Positions 22,687 through 31,528 of a stretch of DNA of 32,000 nucleotides are shown one piece after another (the stretch's first letter is position 1; every line of letters starts with the position of its first letter). This DNA comes from Massilicoli timonensis (GTDB lineage: Bacteria; Bacillota_I; Bacilli_A; Erysipelotrichales; Erysipelotrichaceae). The position numbers and the translations under genes were made by a program. A model generated the notes under the pieces. That model made no database searches. It was not told where the DNA came from and saw nothing but the letters and a program-made list of their open reading frames with translations. The stretch covers positions 1,203,272 to 1,235,271 of the forward strand of contig NZ_LT963434.1 of the NCBI RefSeq assembly GCF_900199515.1, written 5' to 3'.

Positions 22687-23353
22687 CATCATCGGGTTGA
22701 AATGTTTGCAATGTTTCATAAAAACGATGCTTTTTGCTGCGAGAAATCGGGATGCTTTCCTGATTGATCAGCTCCACCTCATCTCCACGCACCGCTTTCA
22801 CACTGCGCAAATTCAATAAAAACGCATGATGTACCCGCACAAAGCCATCTTCCTGCCACTTTGCTTCTTTTTCCTTCAAAGTGCCGCGCTCTTGAAAAAT
22901 CCCGTATTTCGTATGATAAAGCAAATATTTTTCCTGCTTTTCCACATAGTAAATATCCCGTAAACGGATCTGCATGCTCGCCCCTTGCGTATGGATCAGA
23001 TAATATTGCTTCCCTTTTGCACACTGTTTCAGCAAATGCAGACAAAAAGGCAATTCTTTTTGAAAATCATGCAGATAGAGAAAAGTTGTCTGATTATATT
23101 TTCGGCTTTGGTAAGACGCGCTGTCCACAAATAAAACAATCGATGCTTTTGTAAATAATGTATCCCGAAAACGCGGGAGATCCATTTTTTCCGATAAGAT
23201 CAGCACATCATAAGGCAAGGCCTGCGCCGCCTTGGCATACTGCGCCAATTTCGCAAACCAGCGAAAAGAAAATGCGGTATCCTCCAACTGTACTCCCAGT
23301 GTAAAAATCATGTCTTTTGCTTTTTCTGCTTCCGCAACGACCGCAATGCGCAT
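22679..23353 (-). CDS. orphan LytTR-family regulator with degenerate (pseudo-)receiver domain
   Basis: C-terminal LytTR domain (IRLRDIYYVEKQEKYLLYHTKYGIFQERGTLKEKE...GFVRVHHAFLLNLRSVKAV). The N-terminal REC-like fold has AEAE in place of the DD/DE acidic pocket (MRIAVVAEAE) and Ser at the phospho-acceptor position (DVLILSEKMDLP). I prefer start ATG 23353 (MRIAVV) over the tracked 23416. Confidence 0.8.
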   Translation of the reverse strand: MRIAVVAEAEKAKDMIFTLGVQLEDTAFSFRWFAKLAQYAKAAQALPYDVLILSEKMDLPRFRDTLFTKASIVLFVDSASYQSRKYNQTTFLYLHDFQKELPFCLHLLKQCAKGKQYYLIHTQGASMQIRLRDIYYVEKQEKYLLYHTKYGIFQERGTLKEKEAKWQEDGFVRVHHAFLLNLRSVKAVRGDEVELINQESIPISRSKKHRFYETLQTFQPDDAS

Positions 23354-23374
23354 ACCGATCACCGTCCTATCCAC

Positions 23375-23383
23375 ATTATAGCA
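23375..23383 (-). promoter_or_regulatory. extended -10 element (TGcTATAAT) for the LytTR regulator gene
   Basis: The minus strand reads GAATGCTATAATGTGG about 20 nt upstream of ATG 23353. This supports the shorter start. Confidence 0.4.
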
Positions 23384-23530
23384 TTCTTTCTCATAAAAGA
23401 AGCGTTTTCCTCCCATTTCTTCGGTTTTTGATTGTATATTCTCCGCATTTTCATGATTTTGTAAATTGTTATTGTTTTTTTCTCACATCTATCTAATAAT
23501 AGAATCAGAGATAACGAAGGAGGTGCTGCT

Positions 23531-23998
23531 ATGTTAAAGCCAAAACGAATGATCTCAAAGCAGGAAGCGATCGAAATCTTAGACAAGTGTGATCATGGCT
23601 ATTTGTCGATGATCGATGAAGAGGGAAACCCTTATGGTGTACCGATCAATTACTTCCTTGACAAAGGCGCGCATGCACTCTATTTTCACTGCTCAAAAAC
23701 AGGTAAGAAATACCGTGCCCTGCACTTGCATCCGCAGGTGTCTTTTGTCGCTGTTGCCCAAACACAGATCATTCCCGATCGTTTCATTACACATTATGAA
23801 AGTGCACTGATCAGCGGTACAGTATCATTCATCGAAGATGAACAGGAAATGCGTGTTCTCTTAGGCAGGCTTTGTGAACGACTGGCAGCCGGAGAATTAG
23901 CCAAACGTCCAAGCGTGATCGACATGTATATCAATGCGGTCGCCATCGGCAAGATCACCATCGAAAGCATCAGCGGAAAGCGCAATGTCGATTATTAA
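23531..23998 (+). CDS. pyridoxamine 5'-phosphate oxidase family protein (Pyridox_ox_2 / NimA-like)
   Basis: The size (155 aa) and the pattern EILDKCDHGYLSMIDEEGNPYGVPINYF...LYFHCSKTGKK are typical of the PNPOx-like split barrel. SD AAGGAGGTG. Confidence 0.8.
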   Translation: MLKPKRMISKQEAIEILDKCDHGYLSMIDEEGNPYGVPINYFLDKGAHALYFHCSKTGKKYRALHLHPQVSFVAVAQTQIIPDRFITHYESALISGTVSFIEDEQEMRVLLGRLCERLAAGELAKRPSVIDMYINAVAIGKITIESISGKRNVDY

Positions 23999-24007
23999 AG
24001 CAAAATG

Positions 24008-24032
24008 CCATCTCAGTTGAGATGGTTTTTTT
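24008..24032 (+). terminator. intrinsic terminator
   Basis: CCATCTC-AGTT-GAGATGG followed by TTTTTTT. Confidence 0.8.
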
Positions 24033-24077
24033 ATGCCTTCTCTGCAATATGCTATAATAAAACAAAAAGGAGTTTAT

Positions 24078-24968
24078 ATGAGCAGATACTATCGGCATAT
24101 TGTGCATACAGATGAGGAAATCCCCTTAAAGAAATGGATGCGGGAACACTTACAATTAACAAACAGACAGATCAGCCGTCTGAAATTTCAACCTGATGCT
24201 TTGATGGTGAATCATCAGCGTGTTTATGTCAGTCATCTGCTTCAGAAAGGTGATCTGATCGAAATAAAATTGGAAAGCGATCGACCGCCCCTGCCGCTGA
24301 GTGATCCCCTCTATCCTTTGACTGTTCTTTATGAGGACGAGGATTTGCTTGTGCTGAACAAGCCATGCGGAAGTGTAGTGCATCCGATCCATGCCCACTA
24401 CCATGATACTTTGCTCATACAGGCAAGCGGCTATTGCGCAAAGAAAGGGGAAACCGTGCGTTTGCACTGTGTCGGCAGGTTGGACAAAGAAACTTCCGGC
24501 ATCATCTTACTTGCGAAAAACCGTATCGCAGCACAAAAACTGACGGAACAGCGTAATTCTCAACAAAGTCAAAAGACCTATTATGCGATCGTAGAAGGCG
24601 TGATGGAAAAACAAAATGATGTTATTTCCTTTCCGATGATGAACGACCCTGCCGAACCGAGAAAAATGATCATCCATGAAAACGGGAAAGCGGCGTCTAC
24701 TCATTATAGCGTTGTCAAACAGTTTTGCGATCATGCATTGCTTGCGGTAACGATCAAAACCGGCAGGATGCACCAGATCAGAGTTCATATGAAAGCCATC
24801 CATCATCCGCTGATCGGCGATGTTCTTTATGATGGTAAGCCTTATCCGCGCTTATGCCTGCATGCTTGCCAAATCGTTTTTTATCAGCCTTTCACAAACG
24901 AGCGCATTTCGATCAGTGCGCCTTATGACGCGTCTTTCCAAAAACTGCTCGTTTCCTCTATACGATGA
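24078..24968 (+). CDS. RluA-family pseudouridine synthase with N-terminal S4-like domain
   Basis: HCVGRLDKETSGIILLAKN (catalytic Asp motif) and GRMHQIRVHM. SD AAGGAG lies 7 nt before ATG 24078. The tracked start 24033 overlaps the upstream terminator. Confidence 0.9.
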   Translation: MSRYYRHIVHTDEEIPLKKWMREHLQLTNRQISRLKFQPDALMVNHQRVYVSHLLQKGDLIEIKLESDRPPLPLSDPLYPLTVLYEDEDLLVLNKPCGSVVHPIHAHYHDTLLIQASGYCAKKGETVRLHCVGRLDKETSGIILLAKNRIAAQKLTEQRNSQQSQKTYYAIVEGVMEKQNDVISFPMMNDPAEPRKMIIHENGKAASTHYSVVKQFCDHALLAVTIKTGRMHQIRVHMKAIHHPLIGDVLYDGKPYPRLCLHACQIVFYQPFTNERISISAPYDASFQKLLVSSIR

Positions 24969-25003
24969 TTCCTCTGGCTGCATCACTTCTTTCCAATAGA
25001 AAA

Positions 25004-25059
25004 ATCCCCTTAACCTGCACTGACTTGAAACAGTATCTGTTAAGAGGATCTTATTTTTT
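25004..25059. terminator. bidirectional terminator between convergent rluA-like and cofE-like genes
   Basis: ATCCCCTTAAC pairs with GTTAAGAGGAT (10/11). T-runs follow on both strands. Confidence 0.55.
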
Positions 25060-25071
25060 AATAATCGTCGC

Positions 25072-26265
25072 TTAGTTAGTAAAGTTGTCGAAATAGCCTT
25101 GAATCAAAATAATCGGTGTTCCTTTATCACCGCTGCCGCTTGTTAAGTCGCATAATGAACCGATCAAGTCCGTCAGCTTACGCGGTGTCGTACCCTGTGA
25201 AGCCATATTGCCCTTTAAGTCATTGTCTTTCTTCTGGATACTTTCTTTGATCGCTTTCTGCAATGCTTCTCCGCTTAGTTCCGCAAAGTCATTGTCCGCG
25301 AGATATTTTAATTTCAATTCATTCGGTGTACCTTCCAGGCCTTCTGTATAAGCAGGACTGACAACCGGATCGGCTAATTCCCAGATCTTTCCGATCGGAT
25401 CTTTGAAGGCGCCGTCGCCATATACCATTACTTCTACATGTTTGCCGGTCTTATCCAACAGTTGTTTCTGAATATCCAAAACGAAATCCTGGCATTCTTT
25501 CGGGAACAGTTTAACCGTATCTTCTGTCGCTTTGTTAGAACCGAGCAGACCATATTTTTCATTGTAGCCACTGCCTTCAATAGAAGCATTCATGATATCG
25601 TCCATGCCGAATACTTTTTCCGCTCCGGCTGCTTTTAACAGACGTTTTGTGCGGGCACGCGTATGAATATCGCAAGTCAGCACATTTTTTGTATATTGCA
25701 GGATCGCTTTCGGATCATTGGCAAACACCACTTCCACTTCCGCGCCTGCTTCTTCGATTACCGAGGAATAGTAGGCTACATAGTCGATTCCGGTAAATGG
25801 ATGTTTGTTTTCACCGAATAATTTACGATAAGTTTCCAGTGTCAGCACATCGCTGTATGGATTGATGCCGTGTTCATCTAACTGATCAAAGCTTACCAGC
25901 TCATTTCCTACTTCATCAGATGGATAGCTTAACATCAGCACGACTTTTTTTACGCCCGCCGCAATGCCTTTGAGACAGATCGCAAAACGATTACGGCTCA
26001 GGATCGGGAAGATCACACCGATCGTCGCATCTTTTCCGAATTTTTGTTCTACATCTTTGGCGATTGCCGCAACGCTTGCATAATTGCCCTGTGATCTTGC
26101 CACAACAGATTCTGTTACCGCGACAATATCACGATCACGCAATTCAAACCCTTCTGATTGTGCCGCTTCCAATACAGAAGTTACCACAATATCAGCCAGT
26201 GCGTCGCCTTCACGAATGATCGGGCAGCGGACACCTCTGGATACAGTACCGATTTTTCTTTCCAT
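25072..26265 (-). CDS. F420-0:gamma-glutamyl ligase-like (CofE/F420_ligase domain) protein, long 397-aa form
   Basis: [14 protein letters not shown] and [18 protein letters not shown] resemble the CofE N-terminal motifs. The C-terminal [16 protein letters not shown] resembles the CofE G..D..iPvvivRG motif. SD AGGAGAG. Confidence 0.7.
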   Translation of the reverse strand: MERKIGTVSRGVRCPIIREGDALADIVVTSVLEAAQSEGFELRDRDIVAVTESVVARSQGNYASVAAIAKDVEQKFGKDATIGVIFPILSRNRFAICLKGIAAGVKKVVLMLSYPSDEVGNELVSFDQLDEHGINPYSDVLTLETYRKLFGENKHPFTGIDYVAYYSSVIEEAGAEVEVVFANDPKAILQYTKNVLTCDIHTRARTKRLLKAAGAEKVFGMDDIMNASIEGSGYNEKYGLLGSNKATEDTVKLFPKECQDFVLDIQKQLLDKTGKHVEVMVYGDGAFKDPIGKIWELADPVVSPAYTEGLEGTPNELKLKYLADNDFAELSGEALQKAIKESIQKKDNDLKGNMASQGTTPRKLTDLIGSLCDLTSGSGDKGTPIILIQGYFDNFTN

Positions 26266-26308
26266 AGTTCAACTCTCCTGTCTTGTATTTTCAATAAATA
26301 CCGTAATT

Positions 26309-26337
26309 ATTATACTCGCAGACCTACTATCTGTAAA
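26309..26337 (-). promoter_or_regulatory. near-consensus promoter for the cofE-like gene
   Basis: The minus strand reads TTTACA - 17 nt - TATAAT. Confidence 0.6.
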
Positions 26338-26421
26338 GTTATTTTTTATGCTTTCCATCAGTTTTTACATGCTGTTTTCAAAAACATTTTCAATAATGAT
26401 GTAAATTGTTTCAATGCATTT

Positions 26422-27165
26422 CTAACGATGCACCAGCTCTGCCAGTTTCGCTACTTTCCTTTGATCCACGGCATCATAACATTCCGCCTGTTCTCCCTGC
26501 GCATACGCATAAGAAACATCGCCTTGTATGGTCGTAGGATCCTTGATCCATGTTTTACAGCTGCTGTGCACCTGTTTTATGCCCTGTGTCAATAGTAATT
26601 CTACATTTCCCTCATTCACTCCACAGCCGGCCAATATTTCGATCTGATCGCCATATCGCTTTTGTAACATCATTAACCGATCCATTCCTTCTGTTACACT
26701 GCGGCTCAATCCACTGGTCAAAACACGATCGACACCTAATTCGATCAGACATCGGATGCTCGCTTCTCCATCCTTTACACAGTCAAAGGCACGATGAAAG
26801 ACCGCCTCTTTTTGATGCGCATGGATCAGTTCGACCATCTTCTTCGTATGAGCGCGATCAATTTTATGATCTGCATGCAGGAAGCCAAACGCAATGCCAT
26901 CTGCCCCCGCCTGCAACAGTGCTTCTGCCTGTAAATACAGCAGTTCACATTCTGTTTCATCATAGCAAAATCCGGCGCCGCGCTCTCTTACCATGCAGAC
27001 GACAGGAATCGACACCGCTTTTTTTACCGCTTCTAAAATAACGATGCTCGGTGTCAGACCGCCCAAATGCAGCGCAGTGTTCAATTCAATTCGATCCGCT
27101 CCGCCGGCCTGTGCCGCCAAAGCGTCTTGGTAACTGCCGCAGCATACTTCCAGTTTATTCTTCAT
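26422..27165 (-). CDS. cutC: CutC family (copper homeostasis-like, TIM barrel) protein
   Basis: LEVCCGSYQDALAAQAGGADRIELNTAL...GGLTPS is the CutC signature N-terminus. I prefer ATG 27165 over the tracked GTG 27177. It overlaps the M20 gene's 3' end. Confidence 0.85.
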   Translation of the reverse strand: MKNKLEVCCGSYQDALAAQAGGADRIELNTALHLGGLTPSIVILEAVKKAVSIPVVCMVRERGAGFCYDETECELLYLQAEALLQAGADGIAFGFLHADHKIDRAHTKKMVELIHAHQKEAVFHRAFDCVKDGEASIRCLIELGVDRVLTSGLSRSVTEGMDRLMMLQKRYGDQIEILAGCGVNEGNVELLLTQGIKQVHSSCKTWIKDPTTIQGDVSYAYAQGEQAECYDAVDQRKVAKLAELVHR

Positions 27166-28279
27166 AGGTTCCCTCACTTCCTAAACGCAACATGCTGATT
27201 CCGTAGATCATGGCGTTTTTGATCAGATCTTCTTTATCCATCCATTCATCCGGCAGATGGGCAATGCCTTTCTGTCCCGGGAAACTCGGCCCAAACGGCA
27301 CGATGTGCGGCATGAGCTTCGCATAAGTACCACCGCTTGTCGTAACCGGCGTTCCATCCGTACCGGTGATCTTTTCATAAGCCGATTGGAGCGTTCGACA
27401 TAAAAAACCATCTTTCGCAAAGCGTACCGGCTCCCAGTTTATCAGACACTGCATCATTAAACCATCGGGCAGAAATGAACGCACCTGACGCATGATCGTT
27501 TCCGCATCGATCCCAAATGGATAGGCAAAGGTAAAAGCAACGCACAGCTTTTCCCCTTCCCTATGCAGCTTGCCTCTGCTTAATTGCATTTTACCAAACT
27601 CTTGATCTTCGATCTCTAAATCAAAGCATTTTCCCATGCCGTTATCCTGTTGCAGATAAGCATTTACAAATGTGCAAAAGGCATCATAATGCACAGGATC
27701 GGCGCTTACTTGTAAAGTACAGCGTCCTCTTTCTCCATAAACGACCGGATATTTACAGTCCGGTGTAAATCCCATGATCGGCGGCTGATGTTTCCTTAAA
27801 TAGTATTGCAGATCATGAAATCCGCTTTCCTCGTCAGTACCGAATAAGATCCAGATCGGGTGCTGCAGCGTTATATGCAGCTGCTTGATCGCATATAAAG
27901 CATATAAACAGCTGAGGATCGCGCCTTTGTTATCCAATATGCCTCTGCCATAGATCCGTCCCTTTTCTTCTTCTGCACCAAATGGCGCATGTTTCCATCC
28001 ATCACCCGCTTCAACGACATCTAAATGTCCGATGATACCGATATAATCTTTTCCTTCTCCATATTTTACGATTCCCATGTGGCCATCCACATTTTCTGTT
28101 TCAAAGCCCATCTCCTGCGCCAAAGCAAGCACTGCCGAAAGCGCTTCATGAATCGCTTTTCCATAAGGCATCTGCGGCAGCGGTTCACTTTTCACACTGG
28201 GGATCCGTACGATCGCTTTGATCGATTCGATCATGTCATCCGCATTGCGCGCGATCTTTTGTATGAGCATTTCTTCCAT
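27155..28279 (-). CDS. M20 family metallopeptidase (PepV/Sapep-like dipeptidase, short form)
   Basis: GHLDVVEAGDGW, GRGILDNKG and GTDEESG are metal-ligand and catalytic motifs of the M20 family. Confidence 0.85.
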   Translation of the reverse strand: MEEMLIQKIARNADDMIESIKAIVRIPSVKSEPLPQMPYGKAIHEALSAVLALAQEMGFETENVDGHMGIVKYGEGKDYIGIIGHLDVVEAGDGWKHAPFGAEEEKGRIYGRGILDNKGAILSCLYALYAIKQLHITLQHPIWILFGTDEESGFHDLQYYLRKHQPPIMGFTPDCKYPVVYGERGRCTLQVSADPVHYDAFCTFVNAYLQQDNGMGKCFDLEIEDQEFGKMQLSRGKLHREGEKLCVAFTFAYPFGIDAETIMRQVRSFLPDGLMMQCLINWEPVRFAKDGFLCRTLQSAYEKITGTDGTPVTTSGGTYAKLMPHIVPFGPSFPGQKGIAHLPDEWMDKEDLIKNAMIYGISMLRLGSEGTYEE

Positions 28280-28288
28280 GCGGCACCT

Positions 28289-29257
28289 CTATTTATAAGC
28301 AAGCGGCGCAGTACGCACCCGCATATATTCTTCCATCCACGCTTCATCCGCTTCCTCAAAATAAGAATTGCCCGCTTCATCTTTTTTTGCCAGATAGACC
28401 GTCGGTTTTTGTTTTTCGCCGGCTACGACAAAAGAAAAATTGTCGATATTGGTCGATACGCCCCATTCGCCTTTTTGATTCATGGCAATCAGCGACATAT
28501 CGCCTGCTTTCCCACGTCGTCTGCGCAGTTCCCGATCAAATGTCTGCACCGCCTGATCACAGGCCTTTTGCGGATGCATGCCTTCCTTCATCAACCGCAC
28601 GATCTCATAAGAAACACAGCCTTTCATCACATCTTCGCCAAAGCCGGTCGCACTGGCTCCGCCAACCTGTGAATCCACATAAAACCCTGCGCCTAAGACA
28701 GGAGAATCCCCCACTCTGCCGGCATGCTTCATAAACAGTCCGCTCGTTGAAGTTGCGGCAGTCATATGCCCCTGTGTATCCAGACAGACCATTCCCACCG
28801 TATCATGGCCTGCATAAGGCTTCAATTCCTGATCGCGGTTCTCGACGATTCGATTATGATAATGAATTTTCGCTCGTTCACTCAGCATATTTTTACGGAC
28901 AAAGCCATGGCGGTGCGCATATTTCTCCGCGCCTGCACCGACCAAGAAATTATTGACACGTTCTTTTGACAATGCCCGGGCAATCAAGATCGGATTGGCA
29001 TAATCTTTGATCGCGCCGACACACCCGATATCAAACGTATCGCCATCCATATAGCCCGCATCCAGCTCTACTTCCATTTCTTCATTCGGCAAGCCGCCGT
29101 ATCCAACACTTTTATAATACTCAAAATCCTCTACCGCACAGATTGCCCGTACGATCGCATCAGATGCGTTCCCTTCCTTTTCCAGCAGCTCTGCCGCCTC
29201 GCTGACACCTTCTAATGCCATTCTCCATGTTGCAATCATGCCCCACATTTCCATCAT
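28289..29257 (-). CDS. Ntn-hydrolase asparaginase_2 family: glycosylasparaginase / isoaspartyl peptidase-L-asparaginase
   Basis: HDTVGMVCLD (autoprocessing Thr nucleophile), GRVGDSPVLGAGFY and ATGFGEDVM. The true start may be ATG 29248 (MWGMIATW), 8 nt after AAAGGA. Confidence 0.88.
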   Translation of the reverse strand: MMEMWGMIATWRMALEGVSEAAELLEKEGNASDAIVRAICAVEDFEYYKSVGYGGLPNEEMEVELDAGYMDGDTFDIGCVGAIKDYANPILIARALSKERVNNFLVGAGAEKYAHRHGFVRKNMLSERAKIHYHNRIVENRDQELKPYAGHDTVGMVCLDTQGHMTAATSTSGLFMKHAGRVGDSPVLGAGFYVDSQVGGASATGFGEDVMKGCVSYEIVRLMKEGMHPQKACDQAVQTFDRELRRRRGKAGDMSLIAMNQKGEWGVSTNIDNFSFVVAGEKQKPTVYLAKKDEAGNSYFEEADEAWMEEYMRVRTAPLAYK

Positions 29258-29283
29258 CCTTTCTATATTCCTTTTCGGTTTTT

Positions 29284-29312
29284 ATTATACTTCAGATTAC
29301 TTTTGCATTCAA
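29284..29312 (-). promoter_or_regulatory. near-consensus promoter for the asparaginase_2-M20-cutC operon
   Basis: The minus strand reads TTGAAT - 17 nt - TATAAT. Confidence 0.6.
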
Positions 29313-29399
29313 AGAAAAAAGGACAAAAGCGGCCGTTTGTTTTCCAAAGATCAAAGCAGTTCTTCCTCTTTGTAAACACGTGCCCTTTGCCCGTCCTTT

Positions 29400-30509
29400 T
29401 TAATATTTCAGATCAATGATCTTTTCCCATGTAAACTGTGGATCACCGAAATGTCCATAACAGCTCGTCTTTGCATAGATTGGTTTTCTTAGATCCAGTT
29501 CCTTCAAAATATTGCCTACTTCAAAGTTAAAATTCCGCTTGATGATCGCTAAGATCTCTTCATCGCTCTTCGTACCGGTGCCAAAGGTTTCTACCATCAA
29601 GGATACCGGTTTACTTTTTCCGATCGCATAGGCAACCTCGATCTCACATTTATGCGCCAAACCGTGCGCAACGATATTCTTCGCGACATAGCGGCAATAA
29701 TACGCAGCGCTTCTGTCTACTTTCGTCGGGTCCTTTGATGAGAAACATCCGCCGCCGATCCTGCCCATTCCGCCATAAGTATCACATACGATCTTTCTTC
29801 CCGTCGTACCGGAATCGCCGAAGCTGCCGCCTACGACAAAGCTGCCGCTTGGATTGATCAAAAACTTGGTAGAGGCATCGATCAGCTCCGGTTCAATACA
29901 TGGTGCAATGACTTCCTTCATGATCAGCTCTCTGATTTCTTCCTGCGTCGCTTCTTTTTTATGCTGGGTCGATACCACGATCGTATCAATGCGTTTGATG
30001 TGATCATCCTCATATTCCACCGAAACCTGTGTCTTGCCATCCGGTCCTAAAATAGAATGTGGATCGCTCTTTCGCACTTTTGCCAACTGGCGTGCCAATT
30101 TATGCGCGTAATAAATCGGCGCCGGCATGTATTCATCACTTTCTGCGCAGGCAAAGCCAAACATGATGCCCTGATCTCCCGCACCGATCTCTCCTTCGTT
30201 TTCCTGCGCCGTTACCGCGTGGTTGATCTCCGAAGACTGTTTGTTTACCTTTACCATCACTTCATATGTTTCTTCATACCCGATCTTCTTGATCGTATCT
30301 TTGGCGATCTGTTCATAGTCGATCTTCGCGCTTGTATTCGCTTCTCCGTAAATTAAGACAAAATCGTCTTTGATCGTCGCTTCGACCGCCATTTTGCTGT
30401 TAGGATCCTGCCGCAGCGCTTCATCTAAGATACTGTCCGCAATCTGATCACAGATCTTATCTGGATGTCCTTCCGTAATGCTTTCTGATGTAAATAAATA
30501 ATCTCTCAT
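29400..30509 (-). CDS. metK: S-adenosylmethionine synthase (methionine adenosyltransferase)
   Basis: FTSESITEGHPDKICDQIADSILD, GAGDQGIMFGFA and GGGCFSSKDPTKVDRSAAY. ATG 30509 (MRDYLFTSES) is preferred over the tracked TTG 30530. Confidence 0.95.
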   Translation of the reverse strand: MRDYLFTSESITEGHPDKICDQIADSILDEALRQDPNSKMAVEATIKDDFVLIYGEANTSAKIDYEQIAKDTIKKIGYEETYEVMVKVNKQSSEINHAVTAQENEGEIGAGDQGIMFGFACAESDEYMPAPIYYAHKLARQLAKVRKSDPHSILGPDGKTQVSVEYEDDHIKRIDTIVVSTQHKKEATQEEIRELIMKEVIAPCIEPELIDASTKFLINPSGSFVVGGSFGDSGTTGRKIVCDTYGGMGRIGGGCFSSKDPTKVDRSAAYYCRYVAKNIVAHGLAHKCEIEVAYAIGKSKPVSLMVETFGTGTKSDEEILAIIKRNFNFEVGNILKELDLRKPIYAKTSCYGHFGDPQFTWEKIIDLKY

Positions 30510-30530
30510 GCTCCTCGTCCTTTCTTTCAA

Positions 30531-30559
30531 ATAAAAACTGCCTTCCGATAAGAAGACAG
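30531..30559 (-). terminator. S-box expression-platform terminator
   Basis: The minus strand reads CTGTCTTC-TTATCG-GAAGGCAG followed by TTTTTAT. Its 5' arm (TCTTCTTATC) can alternatively pair with the aptamer P1 3' strand (GATAAGAGA) as an antiterminator. Confidence 0.75.
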
Positions 30560-30574
30560 TAGTGTCATTTAACT

Positions 30575-30667
30575 GTTTCTCTTATCGCTGTCAGCTTTAC
30601 CACCTTGTAGATACAGGTTGGCGCGGGATCATCGAGCTGACTCTCTACTCCGACTCTTGATAATAGG
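30575..30667 (-). promoter_or_regulatory. SAM-I (S-box) riboswitch aptamer, atypical P2 apex/P4
   Basis: The minus strand reads UUAUCAAGAG...GGAG...GAUGAUCCCGCGCCAACC...AAGGUGGUAAAGC...GAUAAGAG. It matches the S-box core (P1 UUAUC/GAUAA, J1/2 AAGAG, GAUGA k-turn half, CAACC, AGGUG) and sits upstream of metK. Confidence 0.8.
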
Positions 30668-30674
30668 CTTCTAT

Positions 30675-30703
30675 ATTAAAGCATAGAAAATAAAAAAAAG
30701 CAA
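30675..30703 (-). promoter_or_regulatory. candidate promoter for the S-box-metK transcript
   Basis: The minus strand reads TTGCTT - 17 nt - TTTAAT. Confidence 0.45.
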
Positions 30704-30786
30704 CTGTCTATTTTTACCCTTTCCGGTAAATCAATCGTAACATGTACTTTTTTATTCCCGCCTTCATTCACCCTTTCTTTCTATAA

Positions 30787-30823
30787 GAAAAAAGCCATGC
30801 CTTGTCTATGAACAAAACATGAC
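30787..30823 (-). terminator. possible terminator after the LiaF-like gene
   Basis: The minus strand reads GTCATG-18 nt loop-CATGGC (6 bp including one G-U), followed by TTTTTTT. Confidence 0.35.
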
Positions 30824-30830
30824 TGTTTTC

Positions 30831-31523
30831 CTAAATATAAGTGATCGTAATACCCGCAAAACTGAGATTCCCGCTTAGGATCAAACGCGGTGCATTCCCA
30901 TCTGCCGCATTGTGATTTTTCTCATTGATCCCGCCAAAGGAAGTGTGCATGCGGTTTACGACCTGCCAGTTCTTCGGTACATACAAATCCACTCCGCAAA
31001 AATCCACATCCATATAGAGATAGGCTTCCTCCTGAATGCCGGCATTTTCAAAATGCACCTTCATGCTGCCGAAAGAACAAGTCAAATAGGCTTTCTCTAA
31101 GGCATTGGAATTGACATATTTGATACTTTCGCCAAAGGAAGTATGAAAGCTTAATTCATCATCGCTCACGTGCTCGACGCTTTTACTGAAAGAATGCGCC
31201 TGTCCATGATCCACGTACTTTTTTTTCGGCTGCAAGAGAAAGTGAAACCCGATACTGAGAAACAGCGCTATGCTTAACAGCGTCCATGGCGCCCATGCAC
31301 CGATTCCCAGTTCTTCCGCAAACACACTTCCTAAACAAGCCGCCGCAAACAGCACACCGCTGATGCTTCGATAAAGCGCGCTTTTTACAAGCATTGCCGC
31401 AAACAACATGCCAAGTACGAGCTGCATCATACTGAATCCGCCCAGCATACCCAACTGATTGGCAATCATCACCGCCGCAATCGCAATAAAGAACAAGCCC
31501 CAAAAGATTCTCTGTTTTCTCAT
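30831..31523 (-). CDS. LiaF-like / DUF2154 membrane protein (4 N-terminal TM helices + C-terminal beta-rich domain)
   Basis: Hydrophobic N-terminal half. The C-terminal half (SFGSMKVHFENA...YLYMDVDFCGVDLYVPKNWQV...SFGGI...LILSGNLSFAGITITYI) shows the repetitive pattern of LiaF C-terminal domains. It lies 5 nt downstream of a LytTR gene. Confidence 0.7.
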   Translation of the reverse strand: MRKQRIFWGLFFIAIAAVMIANQLGMLGGFSMMQLVLGMLFAAMLVKSALYRSISGVLFAAACLGSVFAEELGIGAWAPWTLLSIALFLSIGFHFLLQPKKKYVDHGQAHSFSKSVEHVSDDELSFHTSFGESIKYVNSNALEKAYLTCSFGSMKVHFENAGIQEEAYLYMDVDFCGVDLYVPKNWQVVNRMHTSFGGINEKNHNAADGNAPRLILSGNLSFAGITITYI

Positions 31524-31528
31524 ATGAT

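Noticed and set aside
26550-27041. 163-aa plus-strand ORF antisense to cutC, and the 215-aa ORF 28025..28672 antisense to the M20/asparaginase junction
   Set aside because: Both are antisense to genes with clear family motifs. The products are His/Arg/Ser/Phe-rich with no SD and no recognisable domains.
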